This document shows positions 8,539-17,487 of a DNA stretch of 37,543 nucleotides, one piece after another. The position numbers and the translations under genes are program-made. The stretch's first letter is position 1. The number at the start of each line of letters is the position of its first letter. This stretch comes from Holophagales bacterium (GTDB lineage: Bacteria > Acidobacteriota > Holophagae > Holophagales > Holophagaceae): positions 1-37,543 of the forward strand of contig JAISSN010000105.1 of the NCBI GenBank assembly GCA_031273105.1, in the 5' to 3' direction. Under the pieces are notes generated by a model, which ran no database searches, was not told the DNA's origin, and worked only from the letters and a program-made list of their open reading frames with translations.

Positions 8539-8557
8539 AATTTGATTCTATTATAGT
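8529..8557 (+). promoter_or_regulatory. Sigma70-like promoter candidate TTGATG-17 nt-TATAGT
   Basis: TTGATG at 8529..8534 and TATAGT at 8552..8557, inside the shared box ctattatagtcgt (8548..8560). It reads toward tRNA-Arg. Confidence 0.35.
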
Positions 8558-8560
8558 CGT

Positions 8561-8629
8561 GTGACTTGTGGAGCAGAACACTTTTCCCATGGTTTAGTCA
8601 ACGTACATGAGTTCTGCTCCAAAAGTCAC
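8561..8629. repeat. Long hairpin: 19-bp inverted repeat with one mismatch and a 31-nt loop
   Basis: gtgacttgtggagcagaac (8561..8579) against gttctgctccaaaagtcac (8611..8629). Confidence 0.8.
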
Positions 8630-8782
8630 ATGTGCGGACGCGACACTAGCTGCGAATACGGCATCGCTAACATCCCTGGTTGCGAAACGCGGTTGTGAAC
8701 CGAAAATGCTATAAAGACAATCTAAAGATAACGGACTCTTGTCCCGGGTTGCCAGGGCGGTCATTATGGTTTTTGTAACTGT

Positions 8783-8859
8783 GTACCCGTAGCTCAGTTG
8801 GATAGAGCGTTGGCCTCCGAAGCCAAAGGTCGCGCGTTCGAATCGCGCCGGGTGCACCA
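8783..8859 (+). tRNA. tRNA-Arg (anticodon CCG)
   Basis: GTACCCG-TA-GCTC-AGTTGGATA-GAGC-G-TTGGC-CTCCGAA-GCCAA-AGGTC-GCGCG-TTCGAAT-CGCGC-CGGGTGC-ACCA. Confidence 0.92.
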
Positions 8860-8889
8860 TTGATTGACTATAGTAACCACGGAGGCGCG

Positions 8890-9813
8890 ATGGCGGCTGA
8901 AATACTGGATGGCAAAAAACACGCTGACGGCATGATCGAAGAAGTCAGGGCCAGGGTTGCTGAAATTACTTCAAGGGGAAAGCGCGCCCCCGCCCTTGCT
9001 GTCGTCCTTGTTGGCGACGACCCCGCCAGTCAGGTGTACGTCCGTAACAAGGTTACAGCCTGCTCCCGCACGGGTATCAGTTCTATAGAGCATAGACTAA
9101 ACGCCGGCGCGACCCAGGGTGAAATCAATACGCTTGTTGATTCCCTTAACGCCGATGACTCGGTAGATGGCATACTGGTTCAACTGCCGTTGCCCAGACA
9201 CGTTGACGCCAAGTCTGTACTGCTCCGCATTAGCCCCGCCAAAGACGTGGACGGCTTGCACCCCTACAACCAGGGCCTGCTGCTGCAGGGCGCCAAAGGG
9301 TTGCGTCCCTGCACGCCCAGCGCGGTTATGCACATGCTCAAGGCTCACGGCGTCCCCATGAAAGGCGCGCGCGCAGTGGTCATCGGGCGCAGCGAGATAG
9401 TCGGCAAGCCAATGGCCTTTATGCTCCTGGAAGAACACGCAACGGTCACAATAGCCCATAGTCGCACACAGGATTTACCCGGACTCTGCCGGCAGGCCGA
9501 CATTCTGGTAGCCGCCATAGGGCGTCCCGGGATGGTGGAAGGTTCCTGGATAAAGCCTGGCGCTGTCGTTGTTGACGTGGGCATAAACGAAGTCACTGAT
9601 GAATTGCTTGCCGCAAAGATAATGGCGAATGAACCAAAGAAGCTGGAAACACTGAAAACAAAGGGCAGGGTGCTTTGCGGCGACGTGCGTTTTGGCGAAG
9701 CTCTGCATACAGCGGGTTCAATAACGCCTGTGCCGGGCGGCGTAGGCCCACTGACGATAGCGGGGTTGATGATGAATACGCTTTTTGCTCAAACACCATC
9801 ACTAACGCTATAA
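8890..9813 (+). CDS. folD: Bifunctional methylenetetrahydrofolate dehydrogenase/cyclohydrolase
   Basis: VLVGDDPASQVYVRNK, GRSEIVGKPMAFML and ITPVPGGVGPLT. GGAGG at 8881..8885 precedes ATG 8890. Confidence 0.9.
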   Translation: MAAEILDGKKHADGMIEEVRARVAEITSRGKRAPALAVVLVGDDPASQVYVRNKVTACSRTGISSIEHRLNAGATQGEINTLVDSLNADDSVDGILVQLPLPRHVDAKSVLLRISPAKDVDGLHPYNQGLLLQGAKGLRPCTPSAVMHMLKAHGVPMKGARAVVIGRSEIVGKPMAFMLLEEHATVTIAHSRTQDLPGLCRQADILVAAIGRPGMVEGSWIKPGAVVVDVGINEVTDELLAAKIMANEPKKLETLKTKGRVLCGDVRFGEALHTAGSITPVPGGVGPLTIAGLMMNTLFAQTPSLTL

Positions 9814-9823
9814 AATCAAGCGC

Positions 9824-10510
9824 ATGCTTTCAAGGTTATTTAGCGCCTGGGTAATTTGCAGGGGTTGTCTGAGGCCAATGCCGGACGGGGGAGAAGCGGG
9901 ACTATGCGCGTCCTGCTGGGGCGGGCTTTGGCCACTGGCCGAAGAGCGGTGTCCACGCTGCGCTTTAGCGCATGGCGCGGAACGGCCCTGCCCGGATGAA
10001 GTGGCCTGGGAATACGGCGACGCCCTGTGGAATTACCGTGGGGGGAGGCCCGCGATGGGAATGCTGCTTGTTCCGGGCATCAAGTCAGGCGAAAAGGGTT
10101 GGCGAAGGGCATTGTTAAAGCGTGTTTCATCAGCGGAACTGCCGGAGTGGGCCGGAGACGCTGACCTGGTTACTTCCGTCCCGCCATCGCCATGGCACAG
10201 ACTGCTGCGCGGTTTTGACCTGACAGAAGAGGCGGCGCGGCTCATATCCAAAAAAATAGCCCGCCCCTATACTAAAACCATGAGCAGGACATGGCTTTCA
10301 AAGCGTCAGGCCAAACAAACCGAAAGCCAGCGGCGGAAGATGCCTCAAAAAAACATGTACTTACGCAGTAACGCAGACGTGTCAGGAAAAACAATCCTGC
10401 TGGTTGACGACGTCTGGACTACAGGAACGACCCTCCTGCGCTGCGCCAAAGCGCTGTTGAAAGCGGGCGCAAGCGCAGTAAGGGTGATTAGTTTGTTCAG
10501 GGCTGTTTGA
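9824..10510 (+). CDS. ComF-family phosphoribosyltransferase-domain protein
   Basis: N-terminal Cys-rich zinc-finger-like CRGC..CASC..CPRC. C-terminal PRTase motif ILLVDDVWTTGTTL. Confidence 0.8.
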   Translation: MLSRLFSAWVICRGCLRPMPDGGEAGLCASCWGGLWPLAEERCPRCALAHGAERPCPDEVAWEYGDALWNYRGGRPAMGMLLVPGIKSGEKGWRRALLKRVSSAELPEWAGDADLVTSVPPSPWHRLLRGFDLTEEAARLISKKIARPYTKTMSRTWLSKRQAKQTESQRRKMPQKNMYLRSNADVSGKTILLVDDVWTTGTTLLRCAKALLKAGASAVRVISLFRAV

Positions 10511-10516
10511 TTCAGG

Positions 10517-10822
10517 TCACTTGGCGTACGCGGTAGTTTTGTTAACGAGTATGAACCACATGGTTTTTGTTGTGATCTTCTTGCCCTGGGCTTCGGCCGC
10601 CTTGACCTTGGCGGCGTATTCGGCGTGTCCCGCGTCAAACAGCCCTAAAACTACGGTGTATGACGCTATTTCGGTACTATCCCCCGTGGTGTTGGAAGCG
10701 GCGGGGTACCCTGTGAACAGCCCGTGGCGGTCGGCGGTGCCGCCGATGGTGGTTTGCACCACACAGCCGGTTGATATAACCAGCGCTGCCGCGGCAATAA
10801 AAGAGAATAAGGTTTTTTTCAT
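10517..10822 (-). CDS. Small lipoprotein, TRL-like family
   Basis: AGGAGG RBS before ATG 10822. Lipobox MKKTLFSFIAAAALVISTGC. The rest resembles TRL-domain proteins. The track ORF is over-extended upstream. Confidence 0.6.
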   Translation of the reverse strand: MKKTLFSFIAAAALVISTGCVVQTTIGGTADRHGLFTGYPAASNTTGDSTEIASYTVVLGLFDAGHAEYAAKVKAAEAQGKKITTKTMWFILVNKTTAYAK

Positions 10823-11095
10823 AATCAGCCTCCTTGGCTGGAAAAACGCGCCGTCGTTGGTTCTGGCGCAGTTAATAGAGCTGCGGCTATAGTCGCAGCG
10901 GTTAGGGTAGTTGGTTGTAAGTGATTCAAGGGCTGCTCCTTCGGCGAAATGCCGTAATAAAGAGCCTTGAAAATTATAATACAAAAAAAAAAAAAATCAA
11001 TTTTTTTTACGTGCGCCGCAACGCAGACGTATTGCGCAAAGTTATATTGTTATGTTGACGGGCAGGTTGTATCCTTATTTTTATTGGAGGATCAA

Positions 11096-12349
11096 ATGTC
11101 CAGCGATCCACACGCAAAGCCGCAGACCGCTATTTTCAGCAAGGGCTACGACCCCCGGCGATCTGAAGGCGCTGCGATCCCGCCTGTTTTTCGCACATCA
11201 ACATTTCTTTTCAAGGACGCCGAGGAGGGCAAGCGGGCCTTTGAAATCGCATACGGAAAATCTCCCGCCAAAGCAGGCGAAAGCCCGGCGCTGATATACT
11301 CCCGGGTCAATAACCCCAACATCGAAATACTGGAAGAAAAATGCGCGGCCTGGGACGGCGCCGATGAAGCGGCGCTATGCGCAAGCGGCATGGGCGCAAT
11401 CAGTTGCACGTGCTTAACCTTTCTCAAGCCAGGGGACACGCTTATATTCAGCGACCCAGTCTATGGCGGCACTGAGCATTTTTTCCGCGCCATGCTTCCC
11501 GAGTTCAACATAAAAACCAGGACCTTCCCGGCTGACGCAAGTCTGGACGTCATAGAAGACCTGGTAAAGAACGACCCCGCCATTAAAGTCATCTATCTGG
11601 AATCTCCGGCCAACCCCACGATGGTAGTCTGCGACGTGCCAGGCGTTGTGGCTGTAGCCAAAAAATACTCCACCAATGACCGCAGGATACTGGTCATGGT
11701 TGACAACACCTTTATGGGGCCGATTTTTTCCAGCCCATTGAAAATGGGCGCCGACATTGTTTTATATTCGGCCACAAAGTTCTTTGGCGGCCACTCCGAC
11801 CTTGTCGCGGGCATCTCCATGGGGCGCAGGGAACTCATGGCCCAGGTCAAGGGCTACCGGACGATATTGGGAGCTACCTCTGACCCGGACACGGCCTGGC
11901 TGATACACCGTTCTCTGGGAACTCTCCAGTTGAGGATGGAAAACCAGCAAAAGAGCGCCCTGAAGATAGTGGAATTGCTACTGAAGCATCCATCGGTCGA
12001 GCGGGTGGCCTATCCCGGACTGGATTGCATGGGGCCGCGCCAGATTGAACTGTGCAAACAACAGTTTACAGGCACCGGCAGTCTGATAGGCTTTACCGTA
12101 AAGGGCGGCGAAGCCGAGGCTTTCCGCGTCCTGAACTCGACGGTGCACATAAAGCTGGCCGTGAGCCTGGGCGGTATAGAATCCCTGATTCAGCACCCGA
12201 GCACAATGACCCATTCGGACATGAGCGCCGAAGCAAAAATCAAGTCGGGAATAACGGAAAACCTGATACGCCTGAGCGTTGGCCTGGAGGACGTTGACGA
12301 CCTGTTGGCAGACCTGAAACAGGCGCTGGACCGTTGCGTTACTACATAA
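11096..12349 (+). CDS. Cys/Met-metabolism PLP-dependent enzyme (methionine gamma-lyase / cystathionine gamma-synthase / beta-lyase family)
   Basis: IPPVFRTSTFLF, and the PLP-lysine motif YSATKFFGGHSD. GGAGG at 11086..11090 precedes ATG 11096. The exact reaction cannot be told from sequence. Confidence 0.85.
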   Translation: MSSDPHAKPQTAIFSKGYDPRRSEGAAIPPVFRTSTFLFKDAEEGKRAFEIAYGKSPAKAGESPALIYSRVNNPNIEILEEKCAAWDGADEAALCASGMGAISCTCLTFLKPGDTLIFSDPVYGGTEHFFRAMLPEFNIKTRTFPADASLDVIEDLVKNDPAIKVIYLESPANPTMVVCDVPGVVAVAKKYSTNDRRILVMVDNTFMGPIFSSPLKMGADIVLYSATKFFGGHSDLVAGISMGRRELMAQVKGYRTILGATSDPDTAWLIHRSLGTLQLRMENQQKSALKIVELLLKHPSVERVAYPGLDCMGPRQIELCKQQFTGTGSLIGFTVKGGEAEAFRVLNSTVHIKLAVSLGGIESLIQHPSTMTHSDMSAEAKIKSGITENLIRLSVGLEDVDDLLADLKQALDRCVTT

Positions 12350-12385
12350 AAATCGCATTAAGCTCTGGCATAAGACGTAACTGGC

Positions 12386-13165
12386 ATGGCAGACAAACTC
12401 ATTCTTTTAACCAACGACGACGGCGTCTGGGCCCCCGGACTTGAGACGCTTGTCAAGGTCGCCTCTAATTACGGAAGGCCCGTAGTGGTGGCCCCGGACA
12501 GAAACAGGTCGGCTATCTCCTCGGCCATGTCTGTGCATAATATCTTGCGCGTGGAAGAAATCGCGCCGGATCGCTACTCATGCGACGGAACGCCGGTTGA
12601 CTGCGTGTTGACGGGCGTCCGCTACATACTTGAAAAAGCGCCCGATTGGATACTCTCCGGCATTAACTGGGGCTTTAACCTCGGCGAAGACGTGCTGTAC
12701 TCCGGCACCGTGGGCGCCGCATTTGAAGGCCGCTTGCAGGGCGTGAGGAGCGCAGCCTTTTCACTGCACCGACAAGGGAATTTAGAAGCGGTTCTGCCGT
12801 GGCTCGAACGCTTTTTAGATAACTGGGAAAGGTTTGAACTGCCGTCGGACACCATTTGGAACGTCAATTTTCCCGAATGCGAGCCAAAGGGCTTCCGCAT
12901 GGCCGCCCAAGGCAGGCGCAGGTACTATGACCTGATGGAGCAGCGCCTAGACCCCCGCGGCAAACCCTATTTCTGGATAGGCGGGGACGGCGGCCCCGAG
13001 TACGTGGAAGGCAAGGGTATGGACGCCGATGCGGTTCACGGCGGATTTATAAGCGTAACGCCTGTACAAATGAATCTGACCTGCCATGAGGCCATGGCAA
13101 GGCGCACGGAGTTTGATGAGATTTTTGGGCGCTTATTCACTTTCAGCCCCAACGGGCAACTCTAA
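12386..13165 (+). CDS. surE: 5'/3'-nucleotidase SurE
   Basis: LLTNDDGVWAPGL and SGINWGFNLGEDVLYSGTVGAAFEG. Confidence 0.9.
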   Translation: MADKLILLTNDDGVWAPGLETLVKVASNYGRPVVVAPDRNRSAISSAMSVHNILRVEEIAPDRYSCDGTPVDCVLTGVRYILEKAPDWILSGINWGFNLGEDVLYSGTVGAAFEGRLQGVRSAAFSLHRQGNLEAVLPWLERFLDNWERFELPSDTIWNVNFPECEPKGFRMAAQGRRRYYDLMEQRLDPRGKPYFWIGGDGGPEYVEGKGMDADAVHGGFISVTPVQMNLTCHEAMARRTEFDEIFGRLFTFSPNGQL

Positions 13166-15175
13166 GTAAAACATACTGCCCGACTCCAGGGCTTCGTACT
13201 TAGCCGAGCCGCCGTGGTCTTCCGCTATTTTTCGGGCTATGGCAAGTCCCAGCCCCGTGCCGCGCTGCTTTGTGCTGAAGTACGGCTCAAATAAATGCGC
13301 CCTTACTTCTGGCGGTACTCCAGGCCCATCGTCTTTAACGGACAGCAGCGCTTTGTTGCCCGCTTGCCTCACTTCCAGCGTTATTTTTCCCTTGTCCTGA
13401 ATGGCGTGGATAGCGTTGTCTGTAAAATTGATAAGAGCGCGCTTCACCATGTCGCCGTCCCAGACTACGGGTACTGGCTCATCGGGCAGGAGTAATTCCA
13501 GGTCGGCTTTTTCCTGGGAGGAAACATAGAGCGCGTGTACTTGCCGCGCCAATTCACGCGCGTCGCAAGGAGCGGGCTGGGGGGCGGGCAGTTTTGCAAA
13601 ATGCGAGAAACTGTCAACCAGGCGGGCAAGACTCGCCACCTCTGCGAGTATGGTTTCAGCGCCTTCGGAAACGGTCTGCGGCTCCAGACGACCCTCCCGC
13701 ACTCTGCGGGCCAGCCTTTGGGCGGTCAGTTTTATTGGCGTCAGCGGGTTTTTAACCTCATGGGCCATCCTGCGGGCGACCTCCTGCCAGGCGGCGCGCT
13801 TCTCGGCTTGGGCCAAAAGGCTTAAATCCTCCAACACGGCCAATCCGCCGCCGCCGGTGAGGGGTACTATCATAGCCTTGACCGGCCGCCCCTCCCCCTC
13901 GCTTCCTATTCTTAACTCCTCCTGGCGAGGCCTGGCTGTTTGCCGTACTTGGTCTAAGAGGTCGGGCAGTTCCCCTGAGCGGGAGCGCCAGGCCGTGTCG
14001 CTCCAATAGTTGATTTCAGGATCGAATGACTCCATGCCGAGCCAGGACTGGGCCGTATTATTACATGTTCGCAGACATCCATCAGCGGTTATGGATAGTA
14101 CGCCCACCGGCAGGGCGTCCAGGAGTTCATTCAAATAAGCCCGTTGCCTGTCTATGCGCTGTGTATGGCGCTTGATTTCTTCGTTGCCTGTTTTAAGGTC
14201 CCGTGTCATCGCGTTAAAGCTGCGCGACAAAAGGGCCAGTTCGTCTTCGCCCTCTTCGGGCAGCGCGACTTCAAGGTCTCCCATTCCAACGCGCTGGGCT
14301 GCTTTTGCCAGGGCGCGCACAGGCTCGGCGATGACCCTGGATAAGGTCAGCCCCGTCCAAACTGCGGCAAAAATAGTGAGCAGCGTCAGGAAGAGCAGTA
14401 CGTTGTCAGTAAGGCCAACCAGGGCGCTGGACATCTCTCTGATTTGCCGGGCCTCTTCCTGTCGTCGTTCAAGCCTCGCCAAACTATCCTGAACATCCCT
14501 GGGTATCAGCCGCCCCGCGACCCACGGGCCATACCGCCCTAAATACCAAGTGCCGTCAGGGCCAGCCTCAGTCGTCCACGCCTCTTCGTCGCCGGATAGA
14601 ACAGGCGCTTTTATGCCAACTTTAAGGACGGTCTGTTCCATGCGCGAGCATAAGTCCAGGTCGAGTTCCGACAACGCCTGCTGGGGCGCCTGGTTGAGGC
14701 TGGCCGCGTTTTTGGCCTCACGCTGAATCCTTGTCAGTTGCTCTTTTTTGTACATGCGGGAGATTTCGCCGCCGTCCCTGATAATGAGCTCTGTTTCAGG
14801 GGCAAACCACCGCTCGACGTTTTTCAGGATGTATCGCCGCCCCATGACGAAGAGCATCGCGCTGGGTAGTATGACCACGGCCAGAAAGGTGATCACGAGC
14901 TTGGTGCGTATCCTGGCGCCAAGAATCCCGCTGCGCCGCTCAAAATATATCTTAGCCAGCGCCCTGGCCACCATGAAAATTATCAGGCCGATGACCAGGG
15001 TATTAGCCAGGCCCAGGGCCAACAGCCCGCCCCAGCGACTGACGCCGTGGACGCCTGCTTCCGAATAGCTGAACAGTTTATATAGTTTGAAAATTGTATA
15101 GCTGGCCGCAGCCAGCCCCGCCGCGAAATACAAGCGGACAAGTTCAGCGTTGCGTTTGTGTTTGGTTTTGGACAT
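13133..15175 (-). CDS. NtrY-like membrane sensor histidine kinase (TM-HAMP-PAS-HisKA-HATPase)
   Basis: N-terminal transmembrane segments. HAMP (AEPVRALAKAAQRVGMGDLEV...FNAMTRDL), H-box MAHEVKNPLTPIKL and G-box GTGLGLAIARKIAEDHGG. No cognate response regulator is adjacent. Confidence 0.8.
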   Translation of the reverse strand: MSKTKHKRNAELVRLYFAAGLAAASYTIFKLYKLFSYSEAGVHGVSRWGGLLALGLANTLVIGLIIFMVARALAKIYFERRSGILGARIRTKLVITFLAVVILPSAMLFVMGRRYILKNVERWFAPETELIIRDGGEISRMYKKEQLTRIQREAKNAASLNQAPQQALSELDLDLCSRMEQTVLKVGIKAPVLSGDEEAWTTEAGPDGTWYLGRYGPWVAGRLIPRDVQDSLARLERRQEEARQIREMSSALVGLTDNVLLFLTLLTIFAAVWTGLTLSRVIAEPVRALAKAAQRVGMGDLEVALPEEGEDELALLSRSFNAMTRDLKTGNEEIKRHTQRIDRQRAYLNELLDALPVGVLSITADGCLRTCNNTAQSWLGMESFDPEINYWSDTAWRSRSGELPDLLDQVRQTARPRQEELRIGSEGEGRPVKAMIVPLTGGGGLAVLEDLSLLAQAEKRAAWQEVARRMAHEVKNPLTPIKLTAQRLARRVREGRLEPQTVSEGAETILAEVASLARLVDSFSHFAKLPAPQPAPCDARELARQVHALYVSSQEKADLELLLPDEPVPVVWDGDMVKRALINFTDNAIHAIQDKGKITLEVRQAGNKALLSVKDDGPGVPPEVRAHLFEPYFSTKQRGTGLGLAIARKIAEDHGGSAKYEALESGSMFYLELPVGAESE

Positions 15176-15237
15176 GAGAGATAGATTAGCAAACCGCGCT
15201 CAACCAGAATAGAATGCGGCATACAATAAGTTATCAG

Positions 15238-15352
15238 TTGAGCTAATTGCAAAACCTCCGACTTTGCCAAAAATGCGGGTGACATATGCGCGTTTTTCAT
15301 GTATTGCCGCTCTAGCGCACAATGTTCTCAGGATGTTTTGCAATTAGCTCAA
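15238..15352. repeat. 115-bp unit bounded by perfect 18-bp inverted repeats
   Basis: ttgagctaattgcaaaac (15238..15255) is the exact reverse complement of gttttgcaattagctcaa (15335..15352). The spacer is 79 nt. Confidence 0.85.
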
Positions 15353-15363
15353 AGTGTTTTGAA

Positions 15364-16203
15364 TTAGCCGCTGACCTCGTATGGATTGAAGATAATCCTT
15401 GATGAAGCCGTTTGGAGGGCGTCTAAAAACGTTTCGCGTTTTATGTTTTTGAGGGCCACGACAAAGCCCAGCAGAGGGATGCGCCGCCGCGCCGTGATTT
15501 TGAATCGCTGGGACAAGCGTTTAAAAGACGCGGGGTCTAAAAAACAATCGCTCAGCGTACCTATAGATATATGCTCCACTTTGTCCTGAATCGTCCCAAT
15601 CATGGATAGCGTCAACGGTCCTTCAATCCGCAGCCTGTTATCCTCGTCACGATTGTCCTGAGCATCCAGAGGCAAATCCGCCAACTTAGAAATAAATTCT
15701 ATGTTCTCCGCCACGCGCACGAAGTTGGCCGCGTCCGCCTGGGCGCAGTATATGAATTGAGCGTCGGGCAGGGCGGCGACCTGGGTAATGCGCCCTGCCG
15801 CGCCATCCACCAGAACGGATTTCACCAGATTGTCCTGGAGTATAAAACCTATTGCCTGGGCCAATTGGCTTAAATGCTCCGGCCCTGCCAGCGTCACAGC
15901 GCCTGGGCGCACAACGCTGCATACGCACAGTTGACCAATGGCCGAGCGCCCGGGCAGAGCCTCAATGATATCCAGACTGGCTTCAGAGGCTCTCAGCAGG
16001 GGGATGGAAGTTATGACAACATCCCCACGCTCAACCCGTAATAGAGGCGACTTGCCGCCCCCGCCAAAGCCGATTGTAAAAAGGCCCACGGCGCCAACCC
16101 TTTGCGCCTCAACTGCGGTGGCCTGTAGAGCGGACGTCTTGCCCGACCCCTTGCCTGAGCCGGTGAAGACCGTGACGCGGTTTTGGAATAATTTATAATT
16201 CAT
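15364..16203 (-). CDS. Uncharacterised P-loop protein with two glycine-rich NTP-binding-like motifs
   Basis: 279 aa. FTGSGKGSGKTS at aa 13-24 and a canonical Walker A GFGGGGKS at aa 45-52. The gene starts 6 nt after the kamA stop. I do not recognise a named family. Confidence 0.6.
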   Translation of the reverse strand: MNYKLFQNRVTVFTGSGKGSGKTSALQATAVEAQRVGAVGLFTIGFGGGGKSPLLRVERGDVVITSIPLLRASEASLDIIEALPGRSAIGQLCVCSVVRPGAVTLAGPEHLSQLAQAIGFILQDNLVKSVLVDGAAGRITQVAALPDAQFIYCAQADAANFVRVAENIEFISKLADLPLDAQDNRDEDNRLRIEGPLTLSMIGTIQDKVEHISIGTLSDCFLDPASFKRLSQRFKITARRRIPLLGFVVALKNIKRETFLDALQTASSRIIFNPYEVSG

Positions 16204-16209
16204 TATGAA

Positions 16210-17487
16210 TTACAAATTTCTTTTTTTTCTTAACAGCCCTCCCGGTTCCAAACATAGCTTATCGCCCGATAGCAGGGCGGCGACGCCTTCAGAAGCGCCG
16301 TAGCGGGCCGCGTCGCCTGGCTCTGTCGCCGGGGCGTGAGCGGAGGCTTGCTGCTCGGGCCAGGTGTACGTGGTGATAACGCCCTCGTAGTTTCGCAGGA
16401 TGGCCCGCCCCTCGCCCATAGATATAAGGTAATTGGGCATCACGGGTATCTTGCCCCCGCCGCCAGGAGCGTCAACCACGTAAGTGGGCACCGCCATGCC
16501 CGTGGTGTGGCCGCGCAGGTTTTCTATTATCTCGATGCCCCTGGAAACGCTCGTGCGGAAGTGGCTTATCCCAAGGGACAGGTCGCACTGGTAGATGTAA
16601 TAGGGCTTAACGCGGATTGAAAGCAGCTTGTGAACCAGCTTTTTCATCACAACGGGGTCGTCGTTTACGCCCCTTAAAAGCACGCTTTGATTGCCAAGGG
16701 GAATGCCCGCGTCGGACAGCCTCGCGCAGGCGTCTCTGGCCTCAGCCGTGATTTCGTTGGGATGGTTAAAGTGAGTGTTCAGAAAAATCGGATGATATTT
16801 TTTCAGCATGTTGACCAGTTCAATCGTAATGCGCTGGGGCATCACGGCGGGCATCCTCGTGCCTACGCGGATGATTTCAACGTGGGGGATTTCGCGTATG
16901 CGCCTGATGATTGACTCCAGCCTCTCATCTGGCAGAACTAAGGGATCGCCGCCGCTTATCAAGACATCTCTCACCACGGGCGTATTTTTTATGTAGTCAA
17001 TGGCCTTTTGAACGTTTTCCTCCGGCATGTCAACGTCCGTATGGCCCACCAGCCGGCGGCGGGTGCAGTGACGGCAGTTCATAGAGCAAATGTTTGTCAC
17101 CAGCAGCAGAACCCGGTCGGGGTACCTGTGGGTTAAGCCGGGAACAGGGCTGTCAACGTCCTCGTGCAGAGGGTCGCGCAGGTCTGAAGCGTGGTCAAGC
17201 AATTCCGCCAGCTTGGGTACAGACTGTATTCGCACGGGGCAATTCGGGTCGTCGCTATCCATCAGCGCGGCATAGTAAGGCGTGATTTCCATAGTGAATT
17301 TTTCAAGGCAGCGCCGGAGGTTTTCCCTCTCCTCGTCCGTCAGCTTGATTACCTTTTCAAGCATTTCGACGCTGTGGATATTGTTTTTCAGTTGCCAGCG
17401 CCAGTCGTGCCACTGTTCTGGGGTAACGTCTTTAAACAGGGCAATGGATCGCCAGTCAACGGATTTGTATTTCGCCAGTTCCATCAC
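16210..17487 (-). CDS. kamA: Lysine 2,3-aminomutase (radical SAM, KamA family)
   Basis: CSMNCRHCTRRR radical-SAM cluster motif, WRWQLKN near the N-terminus, and LISGGDPL. At 425 aa it fits KamA rather than the shorter EpmB. Confidence 0.88.
   Translation of the reverse strand: MMELAKYKSVDWRSIALFKDVTPEQWHDWRWQLKNNIHSVEMLEKVIKLTDEERENLRRCLEKFTMEITPYYAALMDSDDPNCPVRIQSVPKLAELLDHASDLRDPLHEDVDSPVPGLTHRYPDRVLLLVTNICSMNCRHCTRRRLVGHTDVDMPEENVQKAIDYIKNTPVVRDVLISGGDPLVLPDERLESIIRRIREIPHVEIIRVGTRMPAVMPQRITIELVNMLKKYHPIFLNTHFNHPNEITAEARDACARLSDAGIPLGNQSVLLRGVNDDPVVMKKLVHKLLSIRVKPYYIYQCDLSLGISHFRTSVSRGIEIIENLRGHTTGMAVPTYVVDAPGGGGKIPVMPNYLISMGEGRAILRNYEGVITTYTWPEQQASAHAPATEPGDAARYGASEGVAALLSGDKLCLEPGGLLRKKRNL

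Noticed and set aside
8594-8860. 88-aa ORF on the minus strand
   Set aside because: It overlaps tRNA-Arg and its leader, and part of it is simply the antisense translation of the tRNA.
9590-9660. Roughly 22-aa insertion in FolD (TDELLAAKIMANEPKKLETLKTK) and roughly 13-aa insertion in RecA ([13 protein letters not shown], about 34205..34249)
   Set aside because: Lineage-specific loop indels in housekeeping proteins are common. They may help as taxonomic signatures but are not a functional anomaly I can support.
10823-11095. Possible SAM or other riboswitch in the 270-nt region upstream of the Cys/Met PLP enzyme
   Set aside because: I found a 7-bp stem (ttcaagg/ccttgaa) and small hairpins, but nothing matching the conserved cores of the riboswitch classes I know. 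An Infernal/Rfam scan would settle it.
13133-13165. 33-nt convergent overlap of the surE and NtrY-like kinase 3' ends (and a 4-nt overlap at 8128..8131)
   Set aside because: Short tail-to-tail overlaps are common in compact genomes and nothing else is unusual here.
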